From: Pontiellaceae bacterium
GTDB lineage: Bacteria; Verrucomicrobiota; Kiritimatiellia; Kiritimatiellales; Tichowtungiaceae
DNA: 64,000 bases
Assembly (NCBI GenBank): GCA_044224855.1
Contig: JBGAJP010000003.1
Location: forward strand, 27,745-91,744
Direction: 5' to 3'
Position numbers and translations under genes: made by a program. The first letter of the stretch is position 1; the number at the start of each line of letters is the position of its first letter. The notes under the pieces were generated by a model, which saw nothing but the letters and a program-made list of their open reading frames with translations, had not been told where the DNA came from and did not search any database. Positions 24,248 to 34,064 of the stretch are shown here, in pieces.

Positions 24248-26035
24248 ATGAATCAGCACATCCAGATGCTCCCGGATCATGTGATCAATAAGATCGCGGC
24301 GGGAGAGGTGATCGAGCGGCCCGCTTCGGTGATGAAGGAGCTGGTCGAAAATGCGCTCGATGCCGGCGCGACACAGGTGGATGTCGAGGTCGTGCAGGGC
24401 GGAATGCAGCTGATTGCGGTGTCCGACAACGGTTCAGGAATGAACCGCGACGATGCTCTGCTTTCCATCGAACGCCACGCGACCAGTAAAATCCGCACGG
24501 CGGAAGAGGTTGAAGCGGTGGCGACGCTCGGGTTCCGCGGCGAGGCGCTCTCGTCCATCTCCGCCGTGTCGCGCTTTACGCTGATTACGCGGCCCGCCGC
24601 CGAACTGAGCGGCACGCAAATCCTGATCGCCGGCGGCAAACTTCAGGACGTACTCGACGCCGGCTGCCCGCCGGGAACGCGGTTTGAAATTCGCAATCTG
24701 TTTTTCAACGTGCCGGCGCGGCGCAAGTTTCTGCGCACGGAAGCGACCGAGCTGGCGCAGATCCGCCAGCTGTTTGCGGTCTATGCGCTGGCGCATCCGG
24801 AAACGGGGCTGACGTTCACCTCCGACGGACGCGAAGTCTATAATCTGCCCGGCGGCTCGTCGCTGGCCGACCGCATTACCGCGCTGTACAGTCCGGCGTT
24901 TCTGAGCCATCTGCGTAAACTCGATTTTGAAGCGGACGGAGTGAGGATTGCCGGGTTTGCCGGACTTCCGCAGACGGGTCGCTCGGACCGTTCGGATCAG
25001 TATGTGTTTATCAACGGCCGTCCGGCATCCGCACCGGTCATTTTCCACGCGCTGAACGAGGCGTATCACGCGGTGCTGGCGCGCGGGCGTTATCCGTCGG
25101 CTTTTCTTTTCATCGAAACGCCGCCTGCTCAGGTGGATGTGAATGTGCATCCGGCGAAAAAGGAAGTGCGGTTCCGCCATCCTGCCGCTGTGCGCGACGC
25201 CGTCATCGCGGCGGTGCAGAAAGCGCTGGCGCTGGAAGCGCCGGAAACCGAGCGCCGCGAACCGGCTTTTAAATTCGATGCGCCGCGGCCCGCGCCGCGT
25301 GTCGAAAAGCAGCATGAACTGGATATCAGGGGACAGGTGTCAGGGGTCGGGAGTCAGGGGTCAGGATTCAGGGCGCAGGAGACAGAATCGAACCAGAGAA
25401 AGTCTCTGACGTCTGACGTGCCGACGCCGGTTCAAGGCGGCGACAAAGCGCCGTGGAAGTGGTGCCGCGTGCTGGGACAGGCGGGCGGCCTTTACGCCGT
25501 GCTGGAAACAGAAGAGGGCATCGTGCTGATGGATCCGCAGGCGGCGCACGAGCGGGTGCTGTTTGAAAAATTTATGCACGATCTGACCGCCGGGAAGCCG
25601 TCGCGGCAGGGGCTGCTGACTCCGGAAGCGATCGAGCTGATGCCTGCCGATGCCGAGGCGCTCCGCCGCCATTTGCCGGTGCTGGATGAAATGGGCTTCG
25701 GTGTTTCCGCTTTCGGCCAGGATACGTTTATCGTCGATGCGCTTCCGGTTCATTTGCAGAACGGTTCGCCGATTGTCATTCTAAGCGGCATTGCGCGGGC
25801 GCTGGAAAAAAGCGGCGCGGCAGCAAGGGCAACGCGCGAAGCGTTGCGCGAAACGGTGGCGCAGGCCGCCTGCCGCACGTCGATTAAAGCCAAAGACGCT
25901 CTTCCGGCGGCGGCGATTGAGCGTCTGGTGGAGGATCTGGCGAAAACTGAAATGCCGTACACCTGTCCGCATGGAAGGCCGACGCTGATCTTCACCAGCT
26001 TTACGGAGCTAAACCGTAAGTTCGGAAGATCCTAA
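24248..26035 (+). CDS. mutL: DNA mismatch repair protein MutL
   Basis: GHKL ATPase N-terminus INKIAAGEVIERPASVMKELVENALDAGA, a low-complexity linker, and a C-terminal dimerisation domain. Confidence 0.95.
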   Translation: MNQHIQMLPDHVINKIAAGEVIERPASVMKELVENALDAGATQVDVEVVQGGMQLIAVSDNGSGMNRDDALLSIERHATSKIRTAEEVEAVATLGFRGEALSSISAVSRFTLITRPAAELSGTQILIAGGKLQDVLDAGCPPGTRFEIRNLFFNVPARRKFLRTEATELAQIRQLFAVYALAHPETGLTFTSDGREVYNLPGGSSLADRITALYSPAFLSHLRKLDFEADGVRIAGFAGLPQTGRSDRSDQYVFINGRPASAPVIFHALNEAYHAVLARGRYPSAFLFIETPPAQVDVNVHPAKKEVRFRHPAAVRDAVIAAVQKALALEAPETERREPAFKFDAPRPAPRVEKQHELDIRGQVSGVGSQGSGFRAQETESNQRKSLTSDVPTPVQGGDKAPWKWCRVLGQAGGLYAVLETEEGIVLMDPQAAHERVLFEKFMHDLTAGKPSRQGLLTPEAIELMPADAEALRRHLPVLDEMGFGVSAFGQDTFIVDALPVHLQNGSPIVILSGIARALEKSGAAARATREALRETVAQAACRTSIKAKDALPAAAIERLVEDLAKTEMPYTCPHGRPTLIFTSFTELNRKFGRS

Positions 26036-26592
26036 ACCGGCGTCGCCGTGGCTTTTTCCGCTTCGCCGTCGGCCAGTTCTTCGAAATGTTTATAGGCTTT
26101 TTCGTAGCGGACTTTGTCTTCGGCGGTCATTTTGGCGACGCTGGTCTGCCGGAGATCCCGGAACGGTTTTTCCGCTTTCTGCAGAATCAGGAGAAGACCT
26201 TTTAATATGTGCGCGGCGCATCGCCGGTAATGCCCGCTCATTTTCGAGCCGGTATCGCCGGAGCCGAGGAACAGGTCGAGCGGATTGTGCGGGACATTCA
26301 CACTGATCTGGCGGCGCAGCAGGCTGGTGATCGACTGGGTGTTGTCGACGGTTGTATCCATAAAATCCATGAAAAGCCGGTTTTGCGTGGAGGTTTTTTC
26401 CGAAAGATTGGCCGCCTCGGCGCAGATGCGCGCTTCGAGCAGCAGAAACAGCGCCTCTTCGGCGGTTTTACACTGTTCAGCGGGCTGGTCCTGCGTCTTG
26501 AGTTTCCGGATGCGCACTACGGCTTTTTCAAAAAAAACGTCGCGGCGGGCAAGGTGGACTGGCCGGTTCAAATGGAAAGGGTCGGCGCTCAT
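26032..26592 (-). CDS. Hypothetical protein
   Basis: 186-aa ORF convergent with mutL (4-nt overlap). No motif recognised. Confidence 0.4.
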   Translation of the reverse strand: MSADPFHLNRPVHLARRDVFFEKAVVRIRKLKTQDQPAEQCKTAEEALFLLLEARICAEAANLSEKTSTQNRLFMDFMDTTVDNTQSITSLLRRQISVNVPHNPLDLFLGSGDTGSKMSGHYRRCAAHILKGLLLILQKAEKPFRDLRQTSVAKMTAEDKVRYEKAYKHFEELADGEAEKATATPV

Positions 26593-26710
26593 GAGCGTAA
26601 GATAACAGGACGCTTCTATGGCGGCAACCCCTGAAAAAGCCGCAGTTTAAGGTGGTAATCGAGAGTCTCTCAGTTAAAATTCGCGCGCAATTTAACCAAA
26701 GGGAGATCCA

Positions 26711-27661
26711 ATGATCGTAACAACAAAAGAACTGTTTAAGCATGCCTACGGCAAATACGCCGTCGGTGCTTATAACATCAACAACGCCGAACAGGTGATG
26801 GGTCTGTTCCGCGGCTGCATGGAAAGCAAAGCACCGTTTATCGTGCAGCTCTCCAAGGGCGCCCGCACCTACACCGACAAACGCATGCTCGAAGCGATGC
26901 TGCGCGCAGCGGACGAAATTTTCCCGGATGCCATCTTCGCAGTGCATCTCGACCACGGCGACGAAAAGACCTGTATGGACTGTATCGACAGCGGTTTCTA
27001 CAGCTCCGTCATGATCGACGCCAGCCATGAGTCGTTCGACGAAAACATTGCCATCAGCAAGCGCGTCGCAGATGCCGCTCATGCTAAAGGCCTCGTAGTC
27101 GAAGCGGAACTCGGCCAGCTCGGCGGCGTGGAAGAACACGTTTCCGTCAGCGAAGCGGATGCCAAACTGACCAATCCTGAACAGGCGAAAGAATTTGTCG
27201 AACGCAGCGGCGTCGATTCACTGGCCTGTGCTATCGGCACCTCGCACGGCGCGTTCAAGTTCAGCGGTTCACAGGGCCTGCACTTCGACGTACTGAAAGA
27301 AATCCAGAAGCGTCTGCCGGGCTTCCCGCTCGTCATGCACGGTTCCAGCTCGGTTCCGCAGGACGAAGTGGCCCGCATCAACGCTGCCGGCGGAAAACTG
27401 GCTGGCGCTAAAGGCGTGGACGAAACTCAGTTCCTGCCTGCCGCCAAGCTCGGTGTAACCAAGATCAACATCGACACCGACGGACGTCTGGTCTGGTGCC
27501 GCGTACACCGCGAAGAGTTCATGAAGAATCCTGAAAACTTCGACCTGCGTCCCCCGGGCAAAGTGTTCATGGCCGAATACGCCAAGTATATCGCCCACAA
27601 GAACACCGTTCTCGGCAGCGCCGGCCAGCTCGACAGCGTCCGCGCCAGCCTCAAAAAGTAA
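26711..27661 (+). CDS. fba: Class II fructose-1,6-bisphosphate aldolase
   Basis: GAYNINN, HLDHG, TSHGAFK and PLVMHGSS motifs. GGGAGA RBS. Confidence 0.9.
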   Translation: MIVTTKELFKHAYGKYAVGAYNINNAEQVMGLFRGCMESKAPFIVQLSKGARTYTDKRMLEAMLRAADEIFPDAIFAVHLDHGDEKTCMDCIDSGFYSSVMIDASHESFDENIAISKRVADAAHAKGLVVEAELGQLGGVEEHVSVSEADAKLTNPEQAKEFVERSGVDSLACAIGTSHGAFKFSGSQGLHFDVLKEIQKRLPGFPLVMHGSSSVPQDEVARINAAGGKLAGAKGVDETQFLPAAKLGVTKINIDTDGRLVWCRVHREEFMKNPENFDLRPPGKVFMAEYAKYIAHKNTVLGSAGQLDSVRASLKK

Positions 27662-27686
27662 GCAGAATTTGAATTCTGCTTATGAA

Positions 27687-27719
27687 AACGCTCCGGAATT
27701 CCGGAGCGTTTTTTGTTTT
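27687..27719 (+). terminator. Rho-independent terminator after fba
   Basis: aacgctccgg-aa-ttccggagcgtt followed by ttttgtttt. It is preceded by a second hairpin, aagcagaatttgaattctgctt. Confidence 0.8.
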
Positions 27720-27775
27720 CAGGAAGGAGCGGGATCGGGCAGACTGCCCGCCGTTTAAATGTTGGGAGAAACCGG

Positions 27776-28321
27776 ATGTCTGAACTTTCTGTCGCTGCTC
27801 TTCTGATCGGCCTGCTCGCCTTGGCCGGCGGGGTGATTTCTTTGCTGGTTCCGGCAAAAATCCGCGCCGGTGTGGCGGCGTTTCCGCGCAGTATCTGGCC
27901 GGGCCGCATTCTGGCCGCGATTGATCTGGTTTGGGCGGCTTATGAACTCGCGCAGATGCACCTCGGCATGTTTGACGCCTGGAAAGTTCATCTCTACTGG
28001 CTGACACCGGTCGCTATTGTTCTTTGCGTCGTTTATCTCGACGAACTGCTTTCACCGCGCGCGCTCGGTGGCTTGCTGCTGCTGGTCGCGGGTCCGGTTC
28101 TGGATATCGCGCGCTGGCATCCGTCAGACTGGCGGCTTGTTGTCACCGTCATCGCCTATCTCTGGATCCTGCTCGGCCTTGTTTTCCTGCTTTCGCCGTG
28201 GTGGTTCCGCCGGATTTCCGTCTGGCTGACCGGACGTGGCGACCATGCCGTACGCATCAGCGGTGCCATTAAAGCGGCGGCGGGCCTTGGATTAATTGTA
28301 CTGGCCCTGCTGGTTTACTGA
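27776..28321 (+). CDS. Multi-pass membrane protein, unknown function
   Basis: The start at MSELSVAALLIGLLALAGGV begins a run of hydrophobic segments. Confidence 0.5.
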   Translation: MSELSVAALLIGLLALAGGVISLLVPAKIRAGVAAFPRSIWPGRILAAIDLVWAAYELAQMHLGMFDAWKVHLYWLTPVAIVLCVVYLDELLSPRALGGLLLLVAGPVLDIARWHPSDWRLVVTVIAYLWILLGLVFLLSPWWFRRISVWLTGRGDHAVRISGAIKAAAGLGLIVLALLVY

Positions 28322-28326
28322 TCGCC

Positions 28327-29103
28327 ATGACTCCGGAAATACTCACCCGGCTTACCGAACGCTTCCGCGCTTTCACCGACCGCTACCGGATGGACGGTCG
28401 GCTGGAGCCGATGCTCCAGCTTAAGCTCGAACACACCATACGCGTTGCCGCCGATGCGCGCGCCATCGCCGCGGGGATGAATTGGCCGGAAGAAGAAGTC
28501 TGTCTGGCGGAAGCGGTCGGCCTTTTTCATGACGTTGCCCGCTTTCCGCAGTTTAAGCAGCACCGCTCTTTTTCCGACGCCGAAACGATCGACCACGGCG
28601 ATCTGGGAGCGCAGACACTGCAAAGCGAACCTCTGCTCGCCGGTATAGCGGGCGAACCGCGCGCCCTGATTCTCCATGCGGTTCAGCACCACAACAAAAA
28701 AGAGCTGCCACCCAGGCTTACTGTACACGAAGAAAAACATCTGCGGCTTATCCGCGATGCCGACCGGCTGGATATCTTTTTTGTCTGCTGGGACTCCATC
28801 CGGACCGGACACATCCATGATCATCCGGAGATCATCATGAACATTGATTTCAACGGTTCACCGACTCCGGCGGTGATGGATCAGTTTGAGCGCGGCGAAA
28901 AAATTGATTACCGGAACATGAAAAGCATGGCCGACCGTTTTGTTCTGCAACTCAGCTGGATGCATGATTTGAGCTACGCTTCAACTAAACGACTGGTTCG
29001 CGAGCGCAGCATCCTCAACAAGTTCGTCGATGTGCTGCCGGTCAGAACGGACCGGTTGATGCGCTGCTTCGAAAAAACCGCTGCCTTTATCGCCGACGCT
29101 TAA
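28327..29103 (+). CDS. HD-domain phosphohydrolase family protein
   Basis: LEHTIRVA ... GLFHDVARF ... DHGDLGA (the H...HD...D pattern). Confidence 0.7.
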   Translation: MTPEILTRLTERFRAFTDRYRMDGRLEPMLQLKLEHTIRVAADARAIAAGMNWPEEEVCLAEAVGLFHDVARFPQFKQHRSFSDAETIDHGDLGAQTLQSEPLLAGIAGEPRALILHAVQHHNKKELPPRLTVHEEKHLRLIRDADRLDIFFVCWDSIRTGHIHDHPEIIMNIDFNGSPTPAVMDQFERGEKIDYRNMKSMADRFVLQLSWMHDLSYASTKRLVRERSILNKFVDVLPVRTDRLMRCFEKTAAFIADA

Positions 29104-29159
29104 AATGAGAAAGCCGCCGTTGCCGGCGGCTGTATGTTCTCTGCAGGCAGTTGGTGTTT

Positions 29160-29474
29160 TTAAGCTGTCAGCACTTCGACGAGCGCGGCTTCCTGCTGGA
29201 CGCCGATGAAGTCGCGGACTTTCTGGCCGTTTTTGAAGAGAATCAGTGTCGGAATCGAGCGTACGCCGAACTGTGCGGCCAGTGCCGGGCTTTCATCCAC
29301 ATTCACTTTAGCGATCACCGCTTTATCGCCGATTTTGTCAGCAACTTTATCAAGAATTGGAGTCTGCATCTTACATGGGCCGCACCAGGGAGCCCAGAAA
29401 TCCACCAGCACGGTTCCGGTGGCGATGGTTGCGGCGAAATTTTCAGCGGTAAGTTCTTTTACTTTATCGGACAT
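29160..29474 (-). CDS. trxA: Thioredoxin
   Basis: 104 aa with the active site WAPWCGPCK. Confidence 0.95.
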   Translation of the reverse strand: MSDKVKELTAENFAATIATGTVLVDFWAPWCGPCKMQTPILDKVADKIGDKAVIAKVNVDESPALAAQFGVRSIPTLILFKNGQKVRDFIGVQQEAALVEVLTA

Positions 29475-29537
29475 GGCTTTCTCCTGTTTATTTAATGCCG
29501 ACTATAAAGCTTGGGTATTGGCGGAACAAGTGCGGAT

Positions 29538-30638
29538 TTAGACATTGAACAGAAACTCGATCACATCCCCGTCCTGCACAACGTAATCTTTGCCTTCGGT
29601 GCGCATCAGCCCTTTTTCGCGGCAGCCGGTTTCGCCGCCGTAAGTGATGTAGTCGTTATAGGAAATCACCTGCGCGCGGATGAAACCGCGTTCGAAGTCG
29701 GTGTGAATCACGCCCGCCGCCGCCGGAGCTTTCCATCCGCGGTGAATCGTCCATGCATGAACTTCTTTCGGACCGGCAGTGAGATAGCTGATGAGGCCAA
29801 GCGTGTGGTAGCCGGTGCGGGCGATCTGATCGAGCCCGCTTTCGGTTACGTTGTACTCCTTGAGAAATTCAGCCGCTTCGGCGTCGTCCATACCGATGAG
29901 ATCTTCTTCCATCTTGGCGCAGATTTTCACGGTGTCGGCACCTTTGGAATCGGCATAGGCGCGAACGGCCTTCACATAGGCGCCGTCTTCCGCCATGCCG
30001 GATTCGTCCACGTTGGCGCAGTAGATGATTTTTTTATCCGTCAGCAACGGCGACTCTTTCAGGAACGCTTTGATCTCATCGGTATCATGCTCCGGAAAGC
30101 TGACTGCCGGTTTGCCTTCGCCGAGATGCGCCAGCAGACGCTTTACCGCGGCCAGCTGTTCGGCAACCTTCTTGTCGTTGCGGGCCAGCTTTTCCATCCG
30201 CTGGGCGCGGGCTTCCACGGTCTGGTAATCAGCCAGAACCAGCTCGGTTTCAATCACCTCAATGTCGCGCAACGGATCGACGGAGCCGTCCACATGAACT
30301 ACGTTTTCATCCGCAAAGCAGCGGACAACGTGGAGCAGGGCATCCGCTTCGCGGATGTTGGCGAGAAACTTGTTGCCGAGACCTTCGCCGCGGCTGGCTC
30401 CTTTGACAAGGCCGGCGATATCCACAAAATCGACCGTGGCGTACAGAAGTTTCTGCGACTTGGCGATGGCCGCCAGCTTGGCCAACCGTTCGTCCGGTAC
30501 CGGAACAACTGCTTTGTTCGGCTCAATCGTACAGAAAGGATAGTTGGCGGCCTCCGCGTTCTGCGCGCGTGTCAGCGCATTAAAAATCGTTGATTTACCA
30601 ACGTTCGGAAGACCCAGAATACCAATGCTCAAGCTCAT
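29538..30638 (-). CDS. ychF: Ribosome-binding ATPase YchF
   Basis: The start at [23 protein letters not shown] gives the P-loop. C-terminal TGS-like end [11 protein letters not shown]. The track start at 30845 adds 69 implausible residues. Confidence 0.9.
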   Translation of the reverse strand: MSLSIGILGLPNVGKSTIFNALTRAQNAEAANYPFCTIEPNKAVVPVPDERLAKLAAIAKSQKLLYATVDFVDIAGLVKGASRGEGLGNKFLANIREADALLHVVRCFADENVVHVDGSVDPLRDIEVIETELVLADYQTVEARAQRMEKLARNDKKVAEQLAAVKRLLAHLGEGKPAVSFPEHDTDEIKAFLKESPLLTDKKIIYCANVDESGMAEDGAYVKAVRAYADSKGADTVKICAKMEEDLIGMDDAEAAEFLKEYNVTESGLDQIARTGYHTLGLISYLTAGPKEVHAWTIHRGWKAPAAAGVIHTDFERGFIRAQVISYNDYITYGGETGCREKGLMRTEGKDYVVQDGDVIEFLFNV

Positions 30639-30721
30639 ATGAAAACTCCGTTCAAAAGGGCGGCCAATAAAGCACGAAACGGCGGGCGGGGCAAGCGGGT
30701 TTACAATCGTTGGCAAACCGG

Positions 30722-31882
30722 TCAGAGCTTGATGTCGAAATTGTGGACTTTGCCGGAGTTGATCACCAGCCGGAGCAGGGCGGAAAGCAGCGGAACTTTC
30801 GGGAAGACGACGAAGTGCCAGATGGGCCGGTGCTGGACGTTCCATTTGGCGAGGATCGGCGGGTCGGAGAAATAGTTAATCTCGTCAAACTCGCCGGAAT
30901 CGCAGGCGGTTTCAATGACCTTGATCATAAGCAGGTTGCCGGGCGAGCTGTTGATGAATTCCTCATCATAAGCCATTTTCAGAATATACAGCGTCCGCCC
31001 GTTGCGCATGGAATAATGCGCGGCGATGGGGCGGCCGGCGGACTCAATAAAACAGAACATCATCTGATTTGCTGCGGCCAGTCCTTCCGCGGCCTCTTCA
31101 AAAACGGCGGCGCTGCCCGGAAAGTCCCGGATCGTCGTTCCGCGTTCGCTCTTCCAGTTGCGCTGTTCAACATCCAGAAACCGTGTGGTGTTTTCTTTGG
31201 CGGAGCGGGTGATTTCATGAAAGCGGAACTGAACATCCGGAAGCTTTTCCAGTTCACGGGCGGCGCGGCGCAGGTTCTGCCGGAGTTTTCCGGCGAGCCC
31301 GGCGGAATATTCCCCGGCGGTTTTCGGCAGGGGAAGAACCGCTTCTGTTCCGGCAGATTTCTGTACAAAGCAAAGACGGTGTTTTCCGGTGTTTAAATAC
31401 CGGACGGACGGGTAATGATCCGGAATATGTTTGAGGCTGAGGCAGGGAATTGAGCGGGGGATGCTGTTTAAATAATCCATGAACAGGCTGATGACCCCTT
31501 CCCGTCCGGGCAGAGTCAGGCAGTCGGTGCCGCTTGTATGGGCGTAGTGATAAGGCAGTTTAAAAAGCCGCAGGGAAAATCCGAGCACCCGGACGGCGTA
31601 GCTCGACATGAGCGGCATAATTCCGATCAGCCGTTCGTTTTCGTAGGCAAACAGGCATAGCCAGCGTTCCGGTGCGGTAACCTGATTCCGGAAGAAGGCG
31701 CGCATCCACGGATAGGAAAGCATCGGCGTCAGCCGTCCGGCCTGGCTGTACAGTTCATTCCATCCGGCGGCGTGCTGATCCAGTTCTTCAATCGTGCGGA
31801 CATCTACCAGCCGGATTCCGGCGGGAGGCCGGAAGTTCCAGCGATCCGGCAGGTCATAATGTTTGGATACGACCTTCAGCAT
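30722..31882 (-). CDS. GNAT-fold acetyltransferase of the CelD/BioF2-like (FemAB-related) type
   Basis: About 386 aa from MLKVVSKHYDL. The organisation recalls CelD-like Acetyltransf_6 proteins. Assigned from memory and weak. Confidence 0.45.
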   Translation of the reverse strand: MLKVVSKHYDLPDRWNFRPPAGIRLVDVRTIEELDQHAAGWNELYSQAGRLTPMLSYPWMRAFFRNQVTAPERWLCLFAYENERLIGIMPLMSSYAVRVLGFSLRLFKLPYHYAHTSGTDCLTLPGREGVISLFMDYLNSIPRSIPCLSLKHIPDHYPSVRYLNTGKHRLCFVQKSAGTEAVLPLPKTAGEYSAGLAGKLRQNLRRAARELEKLPDVQFRFHEITRSAKENTTRFLDVEQRNWKSERGTTIRDFPGSAAVFEEAAEGLAAANQMMFCFIESAGRPIAAHYSMRNGRTLYILKMAYDEEFINSSPGNLLMIKVIETACDSGEFDEINYFSDPPILAKWNVQHRPIWHFVVFPKVPLLSALLRLVINSGKVHNFDIKL

Positions 31883-31892
31883 AGAGGCCTCT

Positions 31893-32855
31893 CTATGGTA
31901 CGGCAGCGTAGGACGTGGCGGCGGTGACGGCTTCGAGAATTTTGCCGCGCAGCTCGGCAATACGGGGAGCATCGGAAGAGAAGGCGGCCAGCACGTCGGC
32001 TTCGCTGAGCTCTTTCGGCTCTTTGATGGCCAGCGCTTCAAGCTGTTTGGCGAGCTCCGGCTTTTCCATGCCGAAGAAGCGGACTTCCTGCGGGATGCGC
32101 TCGATCAGATCGCGGTAGGCTTTAACGGCCGGTCCCCAGGCTTCGGAATCCTCAAAACGGTTGAACACCTTGTTTGAATCTTCCCAGTACGGATTCTTTT
32201 TGCCGGCCAGCAATGAAAAAAAGGAGGCCGCCAGTTTCTGGGCAATGCCGGCTTCGCCGCCGACCGGACGTTTCGGAAAGAGCAGTTTTTCGTGTTTTTC
32301 GATCAGTGCGTGCAGGATGGCTTCGAAGTGATAGACCGTTTCGGTTTTCGGCGGCTTCCCGCCCAGCAGGCCGACGACTTCCTCCTGCACCTTTTCAATT
32401 TCCGCCAGCTTGAGTTCCGGGTCGATCACCAGAAATGTTTCGCCGCTCTTCTTATGTTCGTACACGCGTACTTTGGTCTGGTCTTCGCGGGTCTGGACAT
32501 CTTTTTCGACCAGTATCCGTTTGCGTTCGAGCATGACGGCGAGAATATAGATGGCATTGATATCGTCGGCGTCTTCTTTGGCGACAAGTTTGCGCAGAAG
32601 CGTTTCGGCGTTTTCCTTTTTCACCACTTCCGCGGGCGGCGGCGGAACGCGAAAAACACTTTTCCACGAGCTGAGGCCGTGGTCGGGCTGATGTTCGTTC
32701 CAGTACGAAAGCTTGTAGTCTTCGCGGATGTATTCGCCGTCTTTGAAAAGCAGGCGGGTAACGATTTCCTCTTTATCGCTGAACGGTTCGTTTGTCCCGG
32801 CGCAGAGGTCGGAACGTCGTTTAATCTGCCAGCTTTCTTCGCGTACGTTTGCCAT
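31893..32855 (-). CDS. Conserved-looking hypothetical protein
   Basis: 320-aa ORF with normal amino-acid composition. No motif recognised. Confidence 0.45.
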   Translation of the reverse strand: MANVREESWQIKRRSDLCAGTNEPFSDKEEIVTRLLFKDGEYIREDYKLSYWNEHQPDHGLSSWKSVFRVPPPPAEVVKKENAETLLRKLVAKEDADDINAIYILAVMLERKRILVEKDVQTREDQTKVRVYEHKKSGETFLVIDPELKLAEIEKVQEEVVGLLGGKPPKTETVYHFEAILHALIEKHEKLLFPKRPVGGEAGIAQKLAASFFSLLAGKKNPYWEDSNKVFNRFEDSEAWGPAVKAYRDLIERIPQEVRFFGMEKPELAKQLEALAIKEPKELSEADVLAAFSSDAPRIAELRGKILEAVTAATSYAAVP

Positions 32856-32893
32856 AGGGTGAACAGGTTACAGAGCAGGCGTTCTTTTTCAAT

Positions 32894-33457
32894 TTAATTG
32901 CGGAGAAGCGACAGATTCTGGCGGAAGTAGAGGATGCCGCTCCAGACGGTCAGTACGGTTACAGCTCCGCCGGCCCACAGCAGAATCTGCCGGTAGAGGT
33001 CACTTTCCAGAAAACTCCAGGGATAAATCCAGTAAACCATGCGCAGCAGCAGAACGGCACTGATAAAGACCATCTGCCAGACGGTTTTATGTTTGCCCCA
33101 GACTCCGGCGGCGAGAACGATCCCCTTGTCGGCAGCGAGCAGCCGCAGGCCGGTCACCATCATTTCGCGGGAGAGAATCAGCGTAACCATCCACGCGGGC
33201 ATGATTTTGAGTTCGACGAAGCCGATGAAGGCGGCGGCGGTGAGGACTTTATCGGCCAGCGGATCCATCAGCTTGCCGAAGACGGAGCAGCCGTACACTT
33301 TGCGGGCGAGGTGCCCGTCAAGAGCATCTGTCAGCGCGGCAACGCCGAAAACGATTACTGCGGCCAGCGGCTCGCCGGGAAAGGAGACGCTCAGGCAGAC
33401 CATAAATATGGCGGCCAAGGCAAACCGGCTGACGGTGAGGACATTAGGTGGATTCAT
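32894..33457 (-). CDS. pgsA: CDP-diacylglycerol--glycerol-3-phosphate 3-phosphatidyltransferase
   Basis: CDP-alcohol phosphatidyltransferase motif DALDGHLARKVYGCSVFGKLMDPLADK. Confidence 0.85.
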   Translation of the reverse strand: MNPPNVLTVSRFALAAIFMVCLSVSFPGEPLAAVIVFGVAALTDALDGHLARKVYGCSVFGKLMDPLADKVLTAAAFIGFVELKIMPAWMVTLILSREMMVTGLRLLAADKGIVLAAGVWGKHKTVWQMVFISAVLLLRMVYWIYPWSFLESDLYRQILLWAGGAVTVLTVWSGILYFRQNLSLLRN

Positions 33458-34059
33458 CGTGAACTTTCAATTTTTCCGGGCTCAACCAGATAGATGTCGG
33501 GCAGGGGCTTATCGAGAAGCAGGCGGGCGGAAGCTTCGGCGGGCTGTTTCGCGGATTTTTCAGCGCCATGCCGGCGCACGAAGTTGGTTGCGCTGACGAC
33601 CAGAACAATCAACACCAGTAAAGCGGCTACTCCGATGGCGAGTGCGCGAAGGTCTTTCACCACATACGGCTGCAGGCCTTTGGTTAAATTTTTGGCAGGG
33701 GCGCTGAACCATGCGAGCGGATTGATCTTTTTTGGAAGCCATTTGCGGACGGCGGCAAAAGACGGCGGCAAAAGACGGCGGTTCTGTTCCAGCTGGCTTG
33801 CTTCATCAATCAGCGGCTTGGTCGCAGCTGTATGCCGGATCATATATTCTTCGATCAGCGGATCCGGGTTGAGGCCGAGGTATCCGGCGTAGAGGCGGAT
33901 GAATCCTTTGGCGTAGGTCGGAGCCGCCATGCCGGAGAAATCGTCGGCTTCCATGGCGACAATGATCCGGGTCAGGATTTTTGTCGCGGCACCGGCGTCT
34001 GATTCGCTGACTCCTTTGGCCTCGCGTGCGGCTTTGAACTGCTGTCCGAGTGTTGCCAT
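33454..34059 (-). CDS. RodZ-like HTH membrane protein
   Basis: N-terminal HTH_25-like LGQQFKAAREAKGVSESDAGAATKI and YAKGFIRLYAGYLGL, followed by a single TM helix. Confidence 0.65.
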   Translation of the reverse strand: MATLGQQFKAAREAKGVSESDAGAATKILTRIIVAMEADDFSGMAAPTYAKGFIRLYAGYLGLNPDPLIEEYMIRHTAATKPLIDEASQLEQNRRLLPPSFAAVRKWLPKKINPLAWFSAPAKNLTKGLQPYVVKDLRALAIGVAALLVLIVLVVSATNFVRRHGAEKSAKQPAEASARLLLDKPLPDIYLVEPGKIESSR

Positions 34060-34064
34060 GGCGG

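Noticed and set aside
25326-25380. Short imperfect tcagggg-type repeats inside mutL (peptide GQVSGVGSQGSGFRAQ)
   Set aside because: They lie in the known variable, low-complexity MutL linker. They are too short and irregular for a CRISPR array or a meaningful tandem repeat.
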